From Octopus sinensis (taxonomy: Eukaryota): a DNA stretch of 64,000 bases. Where the stretch lies: the NCBI RefSeq assembly GCF_006345805.1, contig NC_043004.1, positions 79,980,001 to 80,044,000 of the forward strand, read 5' to 3'. The notes below the pieces were generated by a model that ran no database searches, was not told the DNA's origin, and saw only the letters and a list, made by a program, of their open reading frames with translations. The position numbers were made by a program, and so were the translations under genes. Positions 1-13,203 of the stretch are shown one piece after another (the first letter of the stretch is position 1; every line of letters begins with the position of its first letter).

Positions 1-475
1 ATGGGAATTTACCCCCCCACCTCTTATTTAGTGCTTATTCATTTAGAGTCTGATGTCTTTTGAGGAGAGGCACAGAGTTTCAGCTTAATTCTTTAGCATT
101 TAATCCAGCCATAACCGGCCCAAATATTCTATCTGTTTTATGTTAAAACTGCCCACATAAAAAGCACCTTTCGAGCATTGGTCCTCATAACCAAGACCTT
201 TGGCAATATGGTATACCTTAGTAGAAGACCCTTCAAACCAAGTGAAATTGTAGTCATGGCAAATACTGGTATCATGCAAATGGCACCCATGCCGGTGGCA
301 CGTAAAAGCATCTGTTACACTCTCAGAGTGGTTAGTATTGGGAGTGACATCCAGCCATAGAAACCATGCCAAATCAGACTGGAGTCTGGTGCAACCCCTC
401 AGCTTACCATCCCTAGCAAAACCGTCCAACCCATAGCAGCACGGAAAATGGATGTTTAATGATAATGATGATGAT

Positions 476-483
476 ATATATAT

Positions 484-528
<45 letters not shown>

Positions 529-698
529 CACACACATATATATACATATATATATATACACATACACACACATATATATACATATATATATACACACACA
601 CACACACATATATATATACACACACATATATATACACACATATATATATATATACACATATATACACACACATATATACACATATACATATATATATC
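476..698. repeat. (TA)n/(CA)n compound microsatellite
   Basis: Direct. Confidence 0.95.
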
Positions 699-1073
699 AT
701 TCCATTTCATAGTGGTATGAGTTGAATTAGCCTGCAATATTGATATTCCAGATCTTCATTCTGTCCTTGGAATAAATTCTTTTGAAACTCTTGACACTTC
801 AATAGCAGACCTTCCTGCCTTTCCTAACCTCCTGTTCACCTCTTGATACAACCAGATCTATCAATAGCACAATTATTATACACAATCACCAAACTGAATC
901 ATGGGAAAATGTTCAGGACATCGATTCAATTGAAGTTCTCTTTCTCTCCCCACCTCTCTCCCCTCTCCCCCTTTCTCTCTCACATACACACAAAGAGAGA
1001 TTAATAGACACTCCTTGAATACCACACTTAATGATGGTTTCTAAGTTTCTATCATTGAAAGACTATCTGCCTA

Positions 1074-1155
<82 letters not shown>

Positions 1156-1242
1156 TATTCGAGACAAAACCACTATTTTGCAAAACAAACAAGGAAAGAC
1201 TTAATTAATACATAAAATTTTAATAAATAGTCAAAAAAACCG

Positions 1243-1285
1243 CCACTACAATCGTTTCTTGTCTTGATCGACAATCTTCAGGTGG
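1243..1285 (-). ncRNA. Minimal type I hammerhead ribozyme motif (dimer-type)
   Basis: Minus strand reads CCAC CUGAAGA UUGUC-GAUCAA-GACAA GAAA C-GAUU-G UA/GUGG: full core, 4-bp stem I, 5-bp stem II, GUA triplet. Confidence 0.75.
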
Positions 1286-1329
1286 ACTTCCAATAATTCA
1301 GTGTCAAACATATATATATATATATATGT

Positions 1330-1540
1330 ATATAAGGAAGATAAAACAAAGATAAAACGCTAAAATAATTTTGTCATGAAATACATTTTGTAACGATTAG
1401 AACCGGTTTCAGTCTTTTCAACTTTTTCTACTAAGTTTGAAAAGTCGTAAACTCTGAAACCGGTACTAACCATTACAAATTGTATTTCATGATAAAATTA
1501 TTTTAGCATTTTCTACCCTTGTCTTATTTTGCTTATACGT
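1330..1540. repeat. About 210-bp imperfect fold-back element
   Basis: ACCGGTTTCAG / CTGAAACCGGT and outer arms. Confidence 0.75.
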
Positions 1541-1569
1541 ATCAGCTTGTGTGTTACTTTTCAACCTTC

Positions 1570-1605
<36 letters not shown>

Positions 1606-2299
1606 AAAGAGAGAGAGAGAAAATAGAATGAACAACACTGTTTATTTAAAATCCCTACAATTGTTTCAAAACATTTTTATATCTGTAGTTCATTGGTGCA
1701 ATGTTGTGTAATCATTATCATCCATCCAATGTGTAAAATGCACTTCCTCAGGTGATAGTTCAAATAAGTCCTTCATTAGATCCTACTCTCATTTCACTCA
1801 GTCAATAACTGTAGATGAGCATCTGCAGAGTATAATACAAGGTTTCTACCTGAATCTCATTCAACTATACATCCATCTTTCCATCCATCTGTCCATCTGT
1901 CTGTGTGTATATCTTTGAGTTTGTGTTTGTCCCCTGCCACTGCTCAACAGCTGGTATATTTGCAGCACCTTAACAGTTCAGAAAAAGTAACTGATAGAAT
2001 AAGTTCCAGGCTTAAAATGAAATGGTTCTGATGTCAATGCATTCGACTAAAATTCTTCAGGGGCTGTTTTTACTACTTTTAATCTAATAAAAGAAAGAAG
2101 TAGAAGATAAAATGTGTTTGTTGTGTGTGTGTGTGCTTGCTTGTCCTGACATTGTGTGATAGTCGTAAACGAATGTCACTGTCATACAAGCAGTGTCATT
2201 CATTTCCAGTATTCTACAAAAACATGTCTGATCATGAAAAGATACCACTTTGCTTGGAAACAGTGGAGGCTTGGTGACAGAAAAGGATCTGATTGTAGA

Positions 2300-2960
2300 A
2301 AATACCATGTAAAAAGCACCATTTGAGTATTTTTTATGCCAGTGTTGCCTGGCTGGGTCCTGTGCACAGGGGCCAGAGGAGGCTGGCAACAGCCATGATC
2401 AATTGGTGCTTTTTATGTGCCACTGGCATGGAAACCAGAGAAAGCAGCGCTGGCATCGGCCACATTCGGATGGTGCTTTTTACGTGCCACCAGCATGGGT
2501 ATCACAACTACAATTTCCATTTGATTTTCATTTTGATGTTGATGTACTTGACTTAATAGGTCTCCTCAAACACAGCAGGTCGCCCTATGATCCAAGTTAC
2601 TTTTGAATGAGCTGGGACTGGTTATGCAAAACTGGTGTAGGAAACAGCCGTGAACTCACTTTATTTGTCGGTTTTCGCAGTTACAGCATATCTCCAGAGG
2701 TCTCAGTGTTTCGTTATTGCCGTTGTGAGGCCCAGCATTCGAAGGTCATGTTTCACCACCTCATCCCATGTCTTCCTTGGACTACCTCTACTCCGGATTC
2801 CTTCAACTACTTGGGAGTGGCACTTCTTCACACATCTCTCCTCATCCATCCATAGTACATGACCATACCAGCGCAAACGTCTCTCTTGCATGCCACATCT
2901 GATGCTTCATATGTCCAACATTTCTCTCAGAGTGCTTACACTCTGTCGTGTGTGCACACT
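2300..2960 (-). mobile_element. RTE-clade LINE 3' fragment (RT C-terminus + 3' UTR repeats)
   Basis: RRLRWYGHVLWMDEERCVKKC..GRPRKTW-like motif. Confidence 0.8.
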
Positions 2961-4413
2961 AACATAATACATCCAGCGGATCAAGCCTATGCATGTCCTC
3001 CACAGTCATGGCCGTAAAGCATGGCAGTTTGCACATATGCATCGTACAATCTACCTTTCACTTTGAGCAAGAGGCTCTTTGACTCCTGTAAGAGTAGAAG
3101 CTTTCTAAACTTTGCCCAGGCTATTCTTATTCCAGTGGTAACACTCTCTGAGCATCCAGCTGTAGAAAATCTGCCTCAGCAAATTCTGTCCAACCCATGC
3201 AAGCAAGGAAAAGTGGATGTTATGATGATGATGATGATATACTGTATATACTTGTCTTCTGCTAGAAGACAAGTATTTAATTGCCAAGAGAAACTCTACT
3301 ACTACTCTCCTATTATATCATTCTTTCACTATAATTACCTCTGACACTAATTATGCCTCTGGCAAAATAAATGTGAAAGTAGAATGTCTTCTTCTTAGCT
3401 CAGAGATTCCATTATTGTTGTTCCACAAGAAATACAGCATCGATAGTGGTCATTGTTGTCTATCCCCAAGTGAGTCTAGATCAAATGTGCCAATCATAAT
3501 CATCACTTCATATCTGTTTTCCATGCTGGCATGAGTTGGACAGTTTGATAGGAGCTGGGTAACCGGAAAGCTGCTCCAGGCTTCGTTTGTCTGTTTTAGC
3601 ATGGTTTCTATGGCTGGATGCCCTTCCTAATGCTAACCACTTTACAGAATATACTGGGTGCTTTTATGTGGCACCAGTACAGGTGCTTTTATGTGGCCCT
3701 TTCAAGTAGCCAATTCTAAGACAGGGAGGGAGAAAGAGAGTGGAGAAAGAAATTGATCCCAGTATTTGACTGGTTCTTTATGAACCTCACAGAGAGTAAA
3801 AATAAATTTACCTTTACCAGGATTTGAAATCAGAATGCAGAGGACCAGAAGAAATAGCATAAAGCATTTTATCCCATGCTCTAACCATTCTGCCACTCTG
3901 CTATCTTAAGAATGGAGGTGAAGAGTTGTGATTTAGATATACCTGTATAGGTGTACTTTAAATATTAATCTGACCTAATCGTTGAAGGTGCCATGTACTT
4001 CACTAAACCTGTGTCCTTAAAACCTAAATAAATGACACCAAATACTATAGAACAATTTAGGCAGCTCTTAGTTGTTTTCAACGACTCCCCTTCACTGAAA
4101 TGTCTATATATAGAAATCAGTCTAGGCCATCATTCTACACGGGTGAACTGTAAAGTGATAGCAGCCAAAAATATGAGTTTATCTTAGAACAAATTTCAAC
4201 ATTTTGGGAATAGGAAAAAAAAAGGAATTTTTTTTTTTTTTTAATATGTGGTGCAATAAATTTTGGTAAAACTGTTGGAAAAGCTTATTGTTGCCATATT
4301 TCTGATAATCTTTAAAAAATTCGCATAATTCTGAAAGGCTTTACTGAACATTCTTTGTTTATTTTTGGGGGATTGAGCACAGAAATTTACATTAAGTCCA
4401 AGTAATTGCAGGT

Positions 4414-4700
4414 GTGAGTGAGTCTTGGATGATAAGCAAAGTCATGGAGAAGAGACACAAAGCTGCAGAAATGTGGTTTTATAGAAAAATGCTTAGAATC
4501 TCATGGGAACAGGGGGTGACGAATGTGGAAGTGTTGAAGAGGATGAAAGTAAGGAGACAGTTGGTGGATTCTATCAGAGGGAGGCAGTGGGGTTTTGTTG
4601 GTCATTTTCTCAGGGAGGATGACAGAATGGAGCATCACATGGTGGAGACTGAGCCGGTGGGAAGGAGAGCGAGAGGAAGGCGGAGAATGAAGATGAAGGT
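4414..4700 (+). mobile_element. RTE-clade LINE RT C-terminal fragment
   Basis: AAEMWFYRKMLRISW..RQWGFVGH..GRRARGR. Confidence 0.75.
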
Positions 4701-5322
4701 GGCACAGGAGTGGCTGTGTGGTAAGTAGCTTGCTTACCAACCACATGGTTCCAGGTCCAGTCCCACTGTGTGGCACCCTGGACAAGTGTCTTCTACTATA
4801 GCCCCGGGCCGACCAATGCCTTGTGAGTGGGTTTGGTAGATGGAAAACTGAAAGAAGCCCGTCATATATACGTGTGTATATAGAGGTGGCGAGCTGACAG
4901 AAACATTAGTGTGCTGGCAAAATGCTTAGCGGTATATCGTCTGTCGTTACATTCTGAGTTCAAATTCCACTGAGGTTGACTTTGCCTTTCATCCTTTCGG
5001 GGTCGATAAATAAAGTACCAGTTTCGCACTGGGGTCGATGTAATCAACTTAATCCCTTTGTCTATCCTTGTTTGTCCCCTCTATGTTTAGCCCCTTATGG
5101 GCAGTAAAGAAATATATATATGTGTGTGTGTGTGTTAGTCCCTCCCACCATCGCTTGACAATCGATCTTGGTGTGTTTACGTCCCCGTAACTTAACGGTT
5201 CAGCAAAAGAGACCGATAGAATAAGTACTAGGCTACAAAGAATAAGTCCTGGGGTCGATTTGCTCAACTAAAGGCGGTGCTCCAGCATGGCTGCAGTCAA
5301 ATGACTGAAACAAGTAAAAGAA
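4701..5322 (+). mobile_element. tRNA-derived SINE family A with nested SINE family B (4883-5113)
   Basis: A box TGGCTGTGTGG, B-box-like GGTCCAGTCC, central microsatellite, tail gaaacaagtaaaaga. Confidence 0.8.
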
Positions 5323-6692
5323 TAAATGAATGGATGAAGAAGAGAATGAACATGCAGAGCGAGAAAGACCTGGGTGATGTTGCCAGAGACAAACATAAAT
5401 GGAGGAGGAACAGGCCATGATTCATCAATGGCACAAATATGCCATGGCACAAGAGAGAGAGAATTGCAGATCAAGTTTCTTCAAAGAACAAAATATTGAT
5501 TTCGTTGAACTTGTGTTTTAATATTTTCTATTTCTTTGCAAGATTGCACCAAGTGTGCATATGTTTATGAGTGCACAGTTTGGGGGGCACACTGGTCCTA
5601 CTTAGGTGACCTCAGATTTCAGACTGCATTCAGCTGTTTCTACAACTGAATGCCCTTCCTAATGCCAACCACTCCAAGAGTGTAGTGGGTGATTTTACAT
5701 GCCACTGACACAGGAGCCAGTCAGGCGGTACTGGCATCGGCCATGCTTGAATGGTGCTTTCTATGTGCCACCAGCAAAGGAGCCAGTCAGGCAGTACTGG
5801 CATCGACCACACTTGAGTGGTGCTTTTTACATGCCACTGGCATGCGAGCCAGTTACAAATAACTCTTTGACAGTATTTCCTTTTAGATGTTGACTGTTTA
5901 TTGAAGAATTTCAAAAAAAATACTTCATATCCTCACAATTTTTTTGATAAATTTTTCTACACTGACATGAGTTGCAGAGGTTCTCACAGACCTTATCAGT
6001 TCTTATTCAGAATTAGTTCCTTCCTAGGTGAGCAAGAAACTGTGTCTTGCCCATATACTCCATAATTTTCTACAGGTTAATACCATTCCTATCGCTAACC
6101 ACCTTACATAATGTATTGGGTACATTTTACCATGGCATCAGTACCAGTGTGGGTTGCCTTGCCCGCAGCAAGACTAAAGAGTTTTCTCTCACTAATTTAA
6201 CTAAGGATGGCTATTTCTAAGTAATGTTAAGACCACAACAAAATTGTTTATTATTTTATATTATGTTATTGGTTTCAGTCTTTGAACTGTGGCCATGCAG
6301 GGGCTCTGCCTGGGAAAGTTTTAGTCTTTTTAATCTCAGTGATTATTACAGTTTGGTGTGTCTTTTATAGATGTCTATCGGTTGAACCACTAAGTTACAG
6401 GATTTAAAAGAACGCATTCATAAACAACATAAGTTCATACACACACATACATGCGTAGACACATGTAAACACATAAGTCAGGGTAATGTAACCTTCTAAG
6501 AGCTAGATGTATTCATAGGCCCTCTTGGTATTATCTCAGTATGTATGGTCCTTGTTATAAGGTATAGGGTAGTAGCTAATTTAAAAGGTAAACTGTGGTT
6601 TAATATATATAAAGACGATAAGAAATGGAGCAATAAACAGTAAGAAGTGGATCGTTGGTGTTATGAAGTCTTATTCAATTAAGAAGAGAGTA

Positions 6693-6771
6693 TGTTTACA
6701 GCAGTTTCAATATATCAAGCTGGAGTAAATTTGTATTTACCTTGTTGCAATTGATAAACATCATCGGAACA
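6693..6771 (-). ncRNA. Degenerate hammerhead motif with long stem II
   Basis: UGUU CCGAUGA ...52 nt... GAAA CUGCU GUA/AACA; perfect 4-bp stem I. Confidence 0.5.
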
Positions 6772-7019
6772 GTTACATGGCAAAGATAAATAGAAGGATC
6801 TTGGAAAGAGAATATGAGGAAGAGAAAGGAAAAAAAAAGGAAAAATGTTCGATAATTCAAGAGTCTTACATTTTAGTGAAGTTCATAATTCGTTGTATCA
6901 GTTGGAGGATAGGAGAGAAGAGAGTTAGTTAAATCTATTGTCTTATAATTAGCTAGTTTCACAATTCCACGTGTCCGTAGGTTCTGACATCTGGTGCTAA
7001 AAAATAAAAGTATATATAC

Positions 7020-7755
7020 ATATCATCATCATCATCATCATCATTGTTTAACATCTGCCTTCCATGCTGGCATGGGTTGGATGGTTTGACTGAGGGCTGG
7101 TGAGCCAGAGGCTGCACCAGGCTCAGTCCGATCTGGCAAAGTTTCTACAGCTGGATGCCCCTCCTAATGCCAACCACTCTGAAAGTCTAGTGGGTGCTTT
7201 TATGTGCCACTGGCATGAGGGCCAGTCAGGTGACACTGGCAATGATTATGCCCAAATGGTGCTTTTCACCTGTCACCGGCATGGGAGCCAATCCATGGCC
7301 CTGGCAACAATCACACTCGGATGTGCTCTTAAAATTCCATTGGCACGAATGCCAATCAGGCGGTACTGTCATCAGCCACATCAGCGATTTTGATTTCACT
7401 TGCCTCAATAGGTTTTCGCAAGCAAAGTTCATTGTCCAATGAATGAGGGGTACTCATAGGTGGGCTAGTTACCCCCACTGGCATAGGCCATGGGCTATGG
7501 TCTCACTTGGCTTGTCGGGTCTTCTCAAGCACTGCATATCTCCAAAAGTCTCGATCAGTAGTCATTGCCTCAATGAGGCCCAATGTTCGAAGGTCATGCT
7601 TCCCCACCTCATCCCAGGTCTTCCTGGGTCTACCTCTTCCACAGGTTCCCTCAACTGCTAGGGTGTGACACTTTTGCACAAAGCTGTCCTCATTCATTCA
7701 CAACATATGACCATACCAGTGCAGTCGTCTCTCTTGCACACCACATTTGATGCTT
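7020..7755 (-). mobile_element. 5'-truncated RTE LINE with complete 3' UTR and (GAT)n tail
   Basis: GRGRPRKTWDEVGKHDLRTLGL..WRYAVLEKTRQAK* followed by UTR ending ggacgttaaac(gat)n. Confidence 0.85.
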
Positions 7756-8002
7756 CTTAAATCCACTTTTATTCTTTTACTTGTTTCAGTGCTGGAGCAC
7801 TGCCTCGAAGGGTTTTAGTTGAACTAATCTACCCAAGGTCTTATCTTTGAAGCTTAGTACTTATTTTATCGGTCACTTTTGCCAAAGCGCTAAGTTACAG
7901 GGCTGTGAACACACCAATACCGTTCATCAAGCAGTGATGTAGTGAGGACAAACACACACACCAAGACATGCACAAATATATATATAGAAACTGTAAGAAG
8001 CC

Positions 8003-8042
<40 letters not shown>

Positions 8043-8767
8043 GCACACACACACACAGACACACACACACATGATGGGCTTCTTACAGTTTCCATCTACC
8101 AAATCCACTCACAAGGCTTTGGTTGGCCCGTGGCCTGAGGGAAGGAAGCTTCTTACCACAGCCACTCCTATATATAAGATCAAGCTTAGGCTGTGGTAGA
8201 CAAGACTTGCCTAAGGTGCCTTACAGAGAAAAACATATTTTTGTAAAATGAATTTCTGAACAACAAAACCATGTTTGCACCTATGTTTATATTAGAAAGA
8301 AAAAAGAAAATTTTCTTTGCTTTCTTCACCTTTGGAATAATTAGCATTCCATTTATTTCTTTATTTCTTCATTCATTTGTTCATTTTTCTGACAAAGACC
8401 TGTTTAAATTATTGCTGCAGCTCACCTAGTTTCCAACTCTGAGTCAATTCTGCCAGTTATGTCACCCTGACTATAATTTTCATTTTTTTTTCTTTTTTTT
8501 TTTTTTTGTAATATAGGGTTTGGTTGAAATAGCATGAGACTGTTAATTACTCAGTGTAAACTTTTAATGAAATACTCTGATCTCATTTATGTGCAGGTGG
8601 TAGTTGTGCGGTTAGTGAGTTTGCTTTGCATCCAAGTTCAGTTTCACTGTGTGGTACTTTGAGAAAGTGCCTTCTATTACAGTGTTTAAGTCACTCAGGG
8701 CCTTGTGTAAGAAATTTTGTTGATGGAAACTGCAAGGAAGCCCATTGTGTGTGTGTGTGTGTGTATA

Positions 8768-9189
8768 CAGGGTGTTCAAAAAGTCTCTCTGCAGTAAGTA
8801 TTTTATTGCAAAATAAATATTTATAAGATGGTATAAAGACTACAAAAGAATATATTAGACTTTACAAGACTTTAGAAAAGCTTTATAAGATGTGTTGAAA
8901 GTGTTGTCCTTCCTTTTCGGTACATAAGTTCATTCTTCTCCACATGTTTTGAAATACATCTTGGAGAGTCTGATGCGGTATGGACCGTGTGAAGGTTATG
9001 ATTACGCCTTTTAGCTCATTAATGGTTTTCGGGTGATTCTTGTATACTGATCCTTTACTTGCTCCTCAGAAGAAAATGTCTGGTGGTGTTAAATCAGGTG
9101 ATCTTGGTGGCCAAAGTCCCTTCAAAATAATCCGTTCACTGTGCAGGATGAAAACAAATTCACTGTGGAGAGACTTTTTGAACACCTTG
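8768..9189 (-). mobile_element. Internally deleted Tc1/mariner element
   Basis: About 28-bp TIRs CAGGGTGTTCAAAAAGTCTCT.., TA at left flank; minus strand LWPPRSPDLTPPDIFF*G...GQHFQHIL*. Confidence 0.85.
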
Positions 9190-9193
9190 TGTG

Positions 9194-9240
<47 letters not shown>

Positions 9241-9273
9241 TCATCATCATCATTGTTTAACGTCCATTGATGA

Positions 9274-9316
<43 letters not shown>

Positions 9317-9457
9317 GGCACACACACACACACACACATATATGTATATGAAATAAGAGGATAATCCATTTTAACATCCAGTCTGCTTCATTTCATTTAT
9401 TTGATGAAATTTATTAAACTTTCTTTAATGAATTAACTCTTATCTTGATTATTTGTT

Positions 9458-9497
<40 letters not shown>

Positions 9498-9517
9498 TGT
9501 GTGTATATATATATACA

Positions 9518-9661
9518 TATGCTTTATTATTAAAGCTGGAAGAACATCACAAAATTATCACAAAAACTGTTATTCAATTTCACGTTCTTGTTCATCAGGC
9601 AGAGGAAACTCTGAGTAACAGTTTTTTGTGATTTTTTTTGCAGCTTTATTAATAAAGCATA
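9518..9661. repeat. About 145-bp imperfect fold-back element
   Basis: TATGCTTTATTATTAAAGCTG / CAGCTTTATTAATAAAGCATA. Confidence 0.7.
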
Positions 9662-9989
9662 TTACTCCACCTCTGGTATTCAAGTACTATTTTTTTCCCA
9701 CCTTGTTTCACATTTACGTGTTTACACAGGTAAGCACATATATAAATACATGCACACACACACACACACACACACACAAATCAGCCTCGTCAATTTAATG
9801 TCCACTTTCCCATGCTCTCCATGGGTCAGATGGAGTTTATTGAGGCAAATTTTCTACAGCTGGATACCCTTCCTGTCACTGTGCCCCACTTTTTAATAAT
9901 AAAAAATCTGGTACCCATCAACATTGGTTTTTGAATATAGAAACACGAGTTTTAATTCAATTACCTGGCTAACGGATACCTCAACTCGT

Positions 9990-10442
9990 TTAGTAAGAAC
10001 CCTGTACCTGGTGCATACAGCACAGGTCCTTGATTTGAGGAGACAATTTCTTTAACTTCAGCCGCAAATCACCATGTTTTGTAATTTCAAGCCAGTTTCT
10101 CTTGGCTTCCAGCAAATTGTCAACTGCACTGAATCCACATTTGACCAAATAAGATGAAGAAAAATGAATCAATAATTCTCTTGGACAACAGATAGTGAAA
10201 CAGAGAAACAAACGCCCAACAGATGCCGATACTGCACTCGGTACACTGATTGGTCGTAGCTATATTGATTCTCATGGTTTTTAAGTATAAATATTGCATG
10301 GCGATGGTTCTTGTTTTTCATTTCAATGTCCAAAGATAGGCTTAGGGTCAAACAGTGTGAACTCAGGTCACTTGCAAAAATTTTCATGACCCATGCTAAC
10401 GCATGTCCCACTCCAATTTTCCCACACTGTTGGCAAACACTG
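9990..10442 (-). mobile_element. hAT (Charlie/Buster-like) transposon remnant
   Basis: FSSSYLVKCGFSAV..GDLRLKL..HQVQGSY matches the hAT C-terminal dimerisation region; CAGTGTTTGCCAA terminus at 10442; other end not located. Confidence 0.7.
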
Positions 10443-11561
10443 ATATAGATGGATAAGTCTTGGGGTTACCTCTTCATAGGAACATGATTTGGCCACTTTA
10501 GAATAAAGAACTCAAAGTGCGAGGTCTGAGTATGAATATGGTTTATTAAAAGCAATCAATCCATTAAAATATTTGTTTCATCTGACTAAACAAAACATAT
10601 TTTGTTGGCCTCACTATTTTTAATGAAACGTGTGTGTGTTTATATCTCTTACCTTTTATCTTTTACTTGTTTCAGTCATTGAACTGCGTCCATGCTAGGG
10701 CACTGATCTGAACAGTTTAGTCAAATTGATCAACCATATTGTTTTTAGCCTGTTACTTCTGTTGGTCTTTTCTGTCAAACTGGTCTGTAAAGGTGGACAT
10801 AAACAAACCAATACTGTTTGTCAAGCAGTGGTGGGAAACAAACACAACACATACACACACACACACACAAATATGTGTGTGTGTGTGTGTGTGTTGTGTG
10901 TATGTGTATATTTATATACATTATAGGTTTCTTTCAGTTTCTTTCACCCAAATTCACTCACAAGATTTTGGCCAGTCCGGAGTTATGAAAGACATTTGTC
11001 TAAGGTATCTCACAGTGGAACTGAACCCAAGACCACATGGCTGGGAAGCAAGCTTCTTAGCTACACAGCCACACCTGTGTCTATAGGTGTCTATTCATCT
11101 GCAAAATTAAACAAAGAATTCTGTGCGAAACAAGAATATTTAAAATTAATTTACTATTGATGTAATCATCATCATCATACATCCATTTTCCATGCTGGAA
11201 TGAGTTGGACGGTTTGTCTGGGGTCTGGGAAGCCAGGAGGCTGCACCAGGCTCCAGTCTGAAATATTTAAATATTTTTCAAATCACCGTCCCACGTGGAA
11301 TCTGAAATTCCTTTGTGACTGATTTTTTTTTTCCTTCTCTGCATCTCCTTGCATTTATCACCTTGTTACTCCTCTCCAGAAAATAGGGGACATCTTTTGG
11401 TACCTGTCATACATGAGTCAGCTGTCTGTTAGTGTCTCGGATGGTTAAATGGCTCCTCCCTCATCCTTTACTTTTTAGGAAGTGATAATGTTCTGTATGA
11501 TGATGATGATGATACTGGGATCAAATATTTTTGTAACCCTAGGAAACCATCAAATGTTTAA

Positions 11562-11599
<38 letters not shown>

Positions 11600-12334
11600 C
11601 ATGCGTATGAATGTTTTATCTGGTTGTGAATGAACATGTGTGTATGTATGTGTTTGTGAGTATGCATGTGTGGATGTGTGTTTATGCATGTATGTATTTG
11701 AATGCAATGGTGTGTGATTGTGTGGGTGGATCGTATGCATGGATGTGTATGAATGTGTGTGTGTGTGTGTGTGTATATATGCTTGGAATGTTCTTTGATA
11801 TGATTCACCCAAAGGTAAAAAAAAAAAAAAAGAAAGAAAAAATTTTTTAAATAACAAAAATAAATAAATAAAGCAGACATTTAAAAATCAATATAATTGA
11901 ATGAGGCCATTACTGTGTGTCTGTCTGTATGTCTGGGTGTGGCTGAAAAGCATTTTATCTCACTGTTTCTGCCGAGAAACAAAATAATAATAATAACAAT
12001 AATAATGATGATAGAAGAAAAGAAATCTCTAATATTCCTTGATATTGATTTCCATAAAGTTTTTAATTTCTATCACTTTCATATGAGTCTGTATATACAA
12101 GTGGATGAGCGTATATGCAAGTGAGTGTGTAAGCATGCAAGTGAGTGTGTGAGCTGTGTTTCTGTGAGACTAGCTTCTTCTCTTTCTCTCTTGTCTTATA
12201 TTTCTGTTTATCCAGCCTCCATTTATCATTTATATAAAAAGATATATCATTTTACTACTTCTGAAAATATCTCATTTTACCTTCTTCATAGATTTAAGCA
12301 GCTTTTCTGGGGTTTTTTTCCTGCATAATAATTC

Positions 12335-12364
12335 TATATACATACATACATACATACATATACG

Positions 12365-12398
<34 letters not shown>

Positions 12399-12627
12399 TA
12401 TATATATACACACACACACACACATATATATATATACACACACATATATATATACACACACATATATATATATATACACATATATATATATACACATATA
12501 TATATACATATATATATACATATACATATATATATACATATATATATGTATATACATTTATATATCTACATATATATATATATATATGTATATACATACA
12601 TATATATATACATATATATATATGTAT

Positions 12628-12678
<51 letters not shown>

Positions 12679-12795
12679 CATATATATATATACATACATA
12701 CATACATATATATATATATAACCCATGCTAGCATGGAAAGTGGACGCTAAATGATGATGATGATGATATATACATACATACATATATATATATAT
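12335..12795. repeat. (TA)n/(TACA)n compound microsatellite
   Basis: Direct. Confidence 0.95.
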
Positions 12796-13171
12796 GTCAT
12801 TTAACAGAAAAAACTGGTTTTTCAGCTTTAGTTGTAACCATATCTTCTTTTATTTTTCCTATTTTCTTCCTCCCTTGTTTTACTCACACGCACACACACA
12901 CACATAAATAAGCACACACAAACTGCTAAACACACGTACACACATATTCACTCACGCACACATTCCAGCGTAGACACCCTGTTTAACACCCAGAAAGTCA
13001 ACCCGCATCAACCTATGTGCTATTTATTCGTTTATTCGAACATTTTCCGGTTCTCGAAATGACTGTTTATCTCGGCCAACAGTTGTCATTTTAGTTATTC
13101 ATTACCCTTCACTTAAAATTTACCCTTCATTAATGACTTATTAAAGTTTTCAAGATAATTGTACTCTTACA

Positions 13172-13203
<32 letters not shown>

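Noticed and set aside
413-737. Y/I/C/V/H/T-rich ORFs in the track (also near 12272-12783, 13219-13679, 49200-49839, 52811-53141, 54252-55188)
   Set aside because: Translations of (TA)n/(CA)n microsatellites that simply lack stop codons.
11380-11448. AG followed by KIGDIFW, resembling the missing N-terminal myosin exon
   Set aside because: No further similarity, in-frame stop and no suitable donor.
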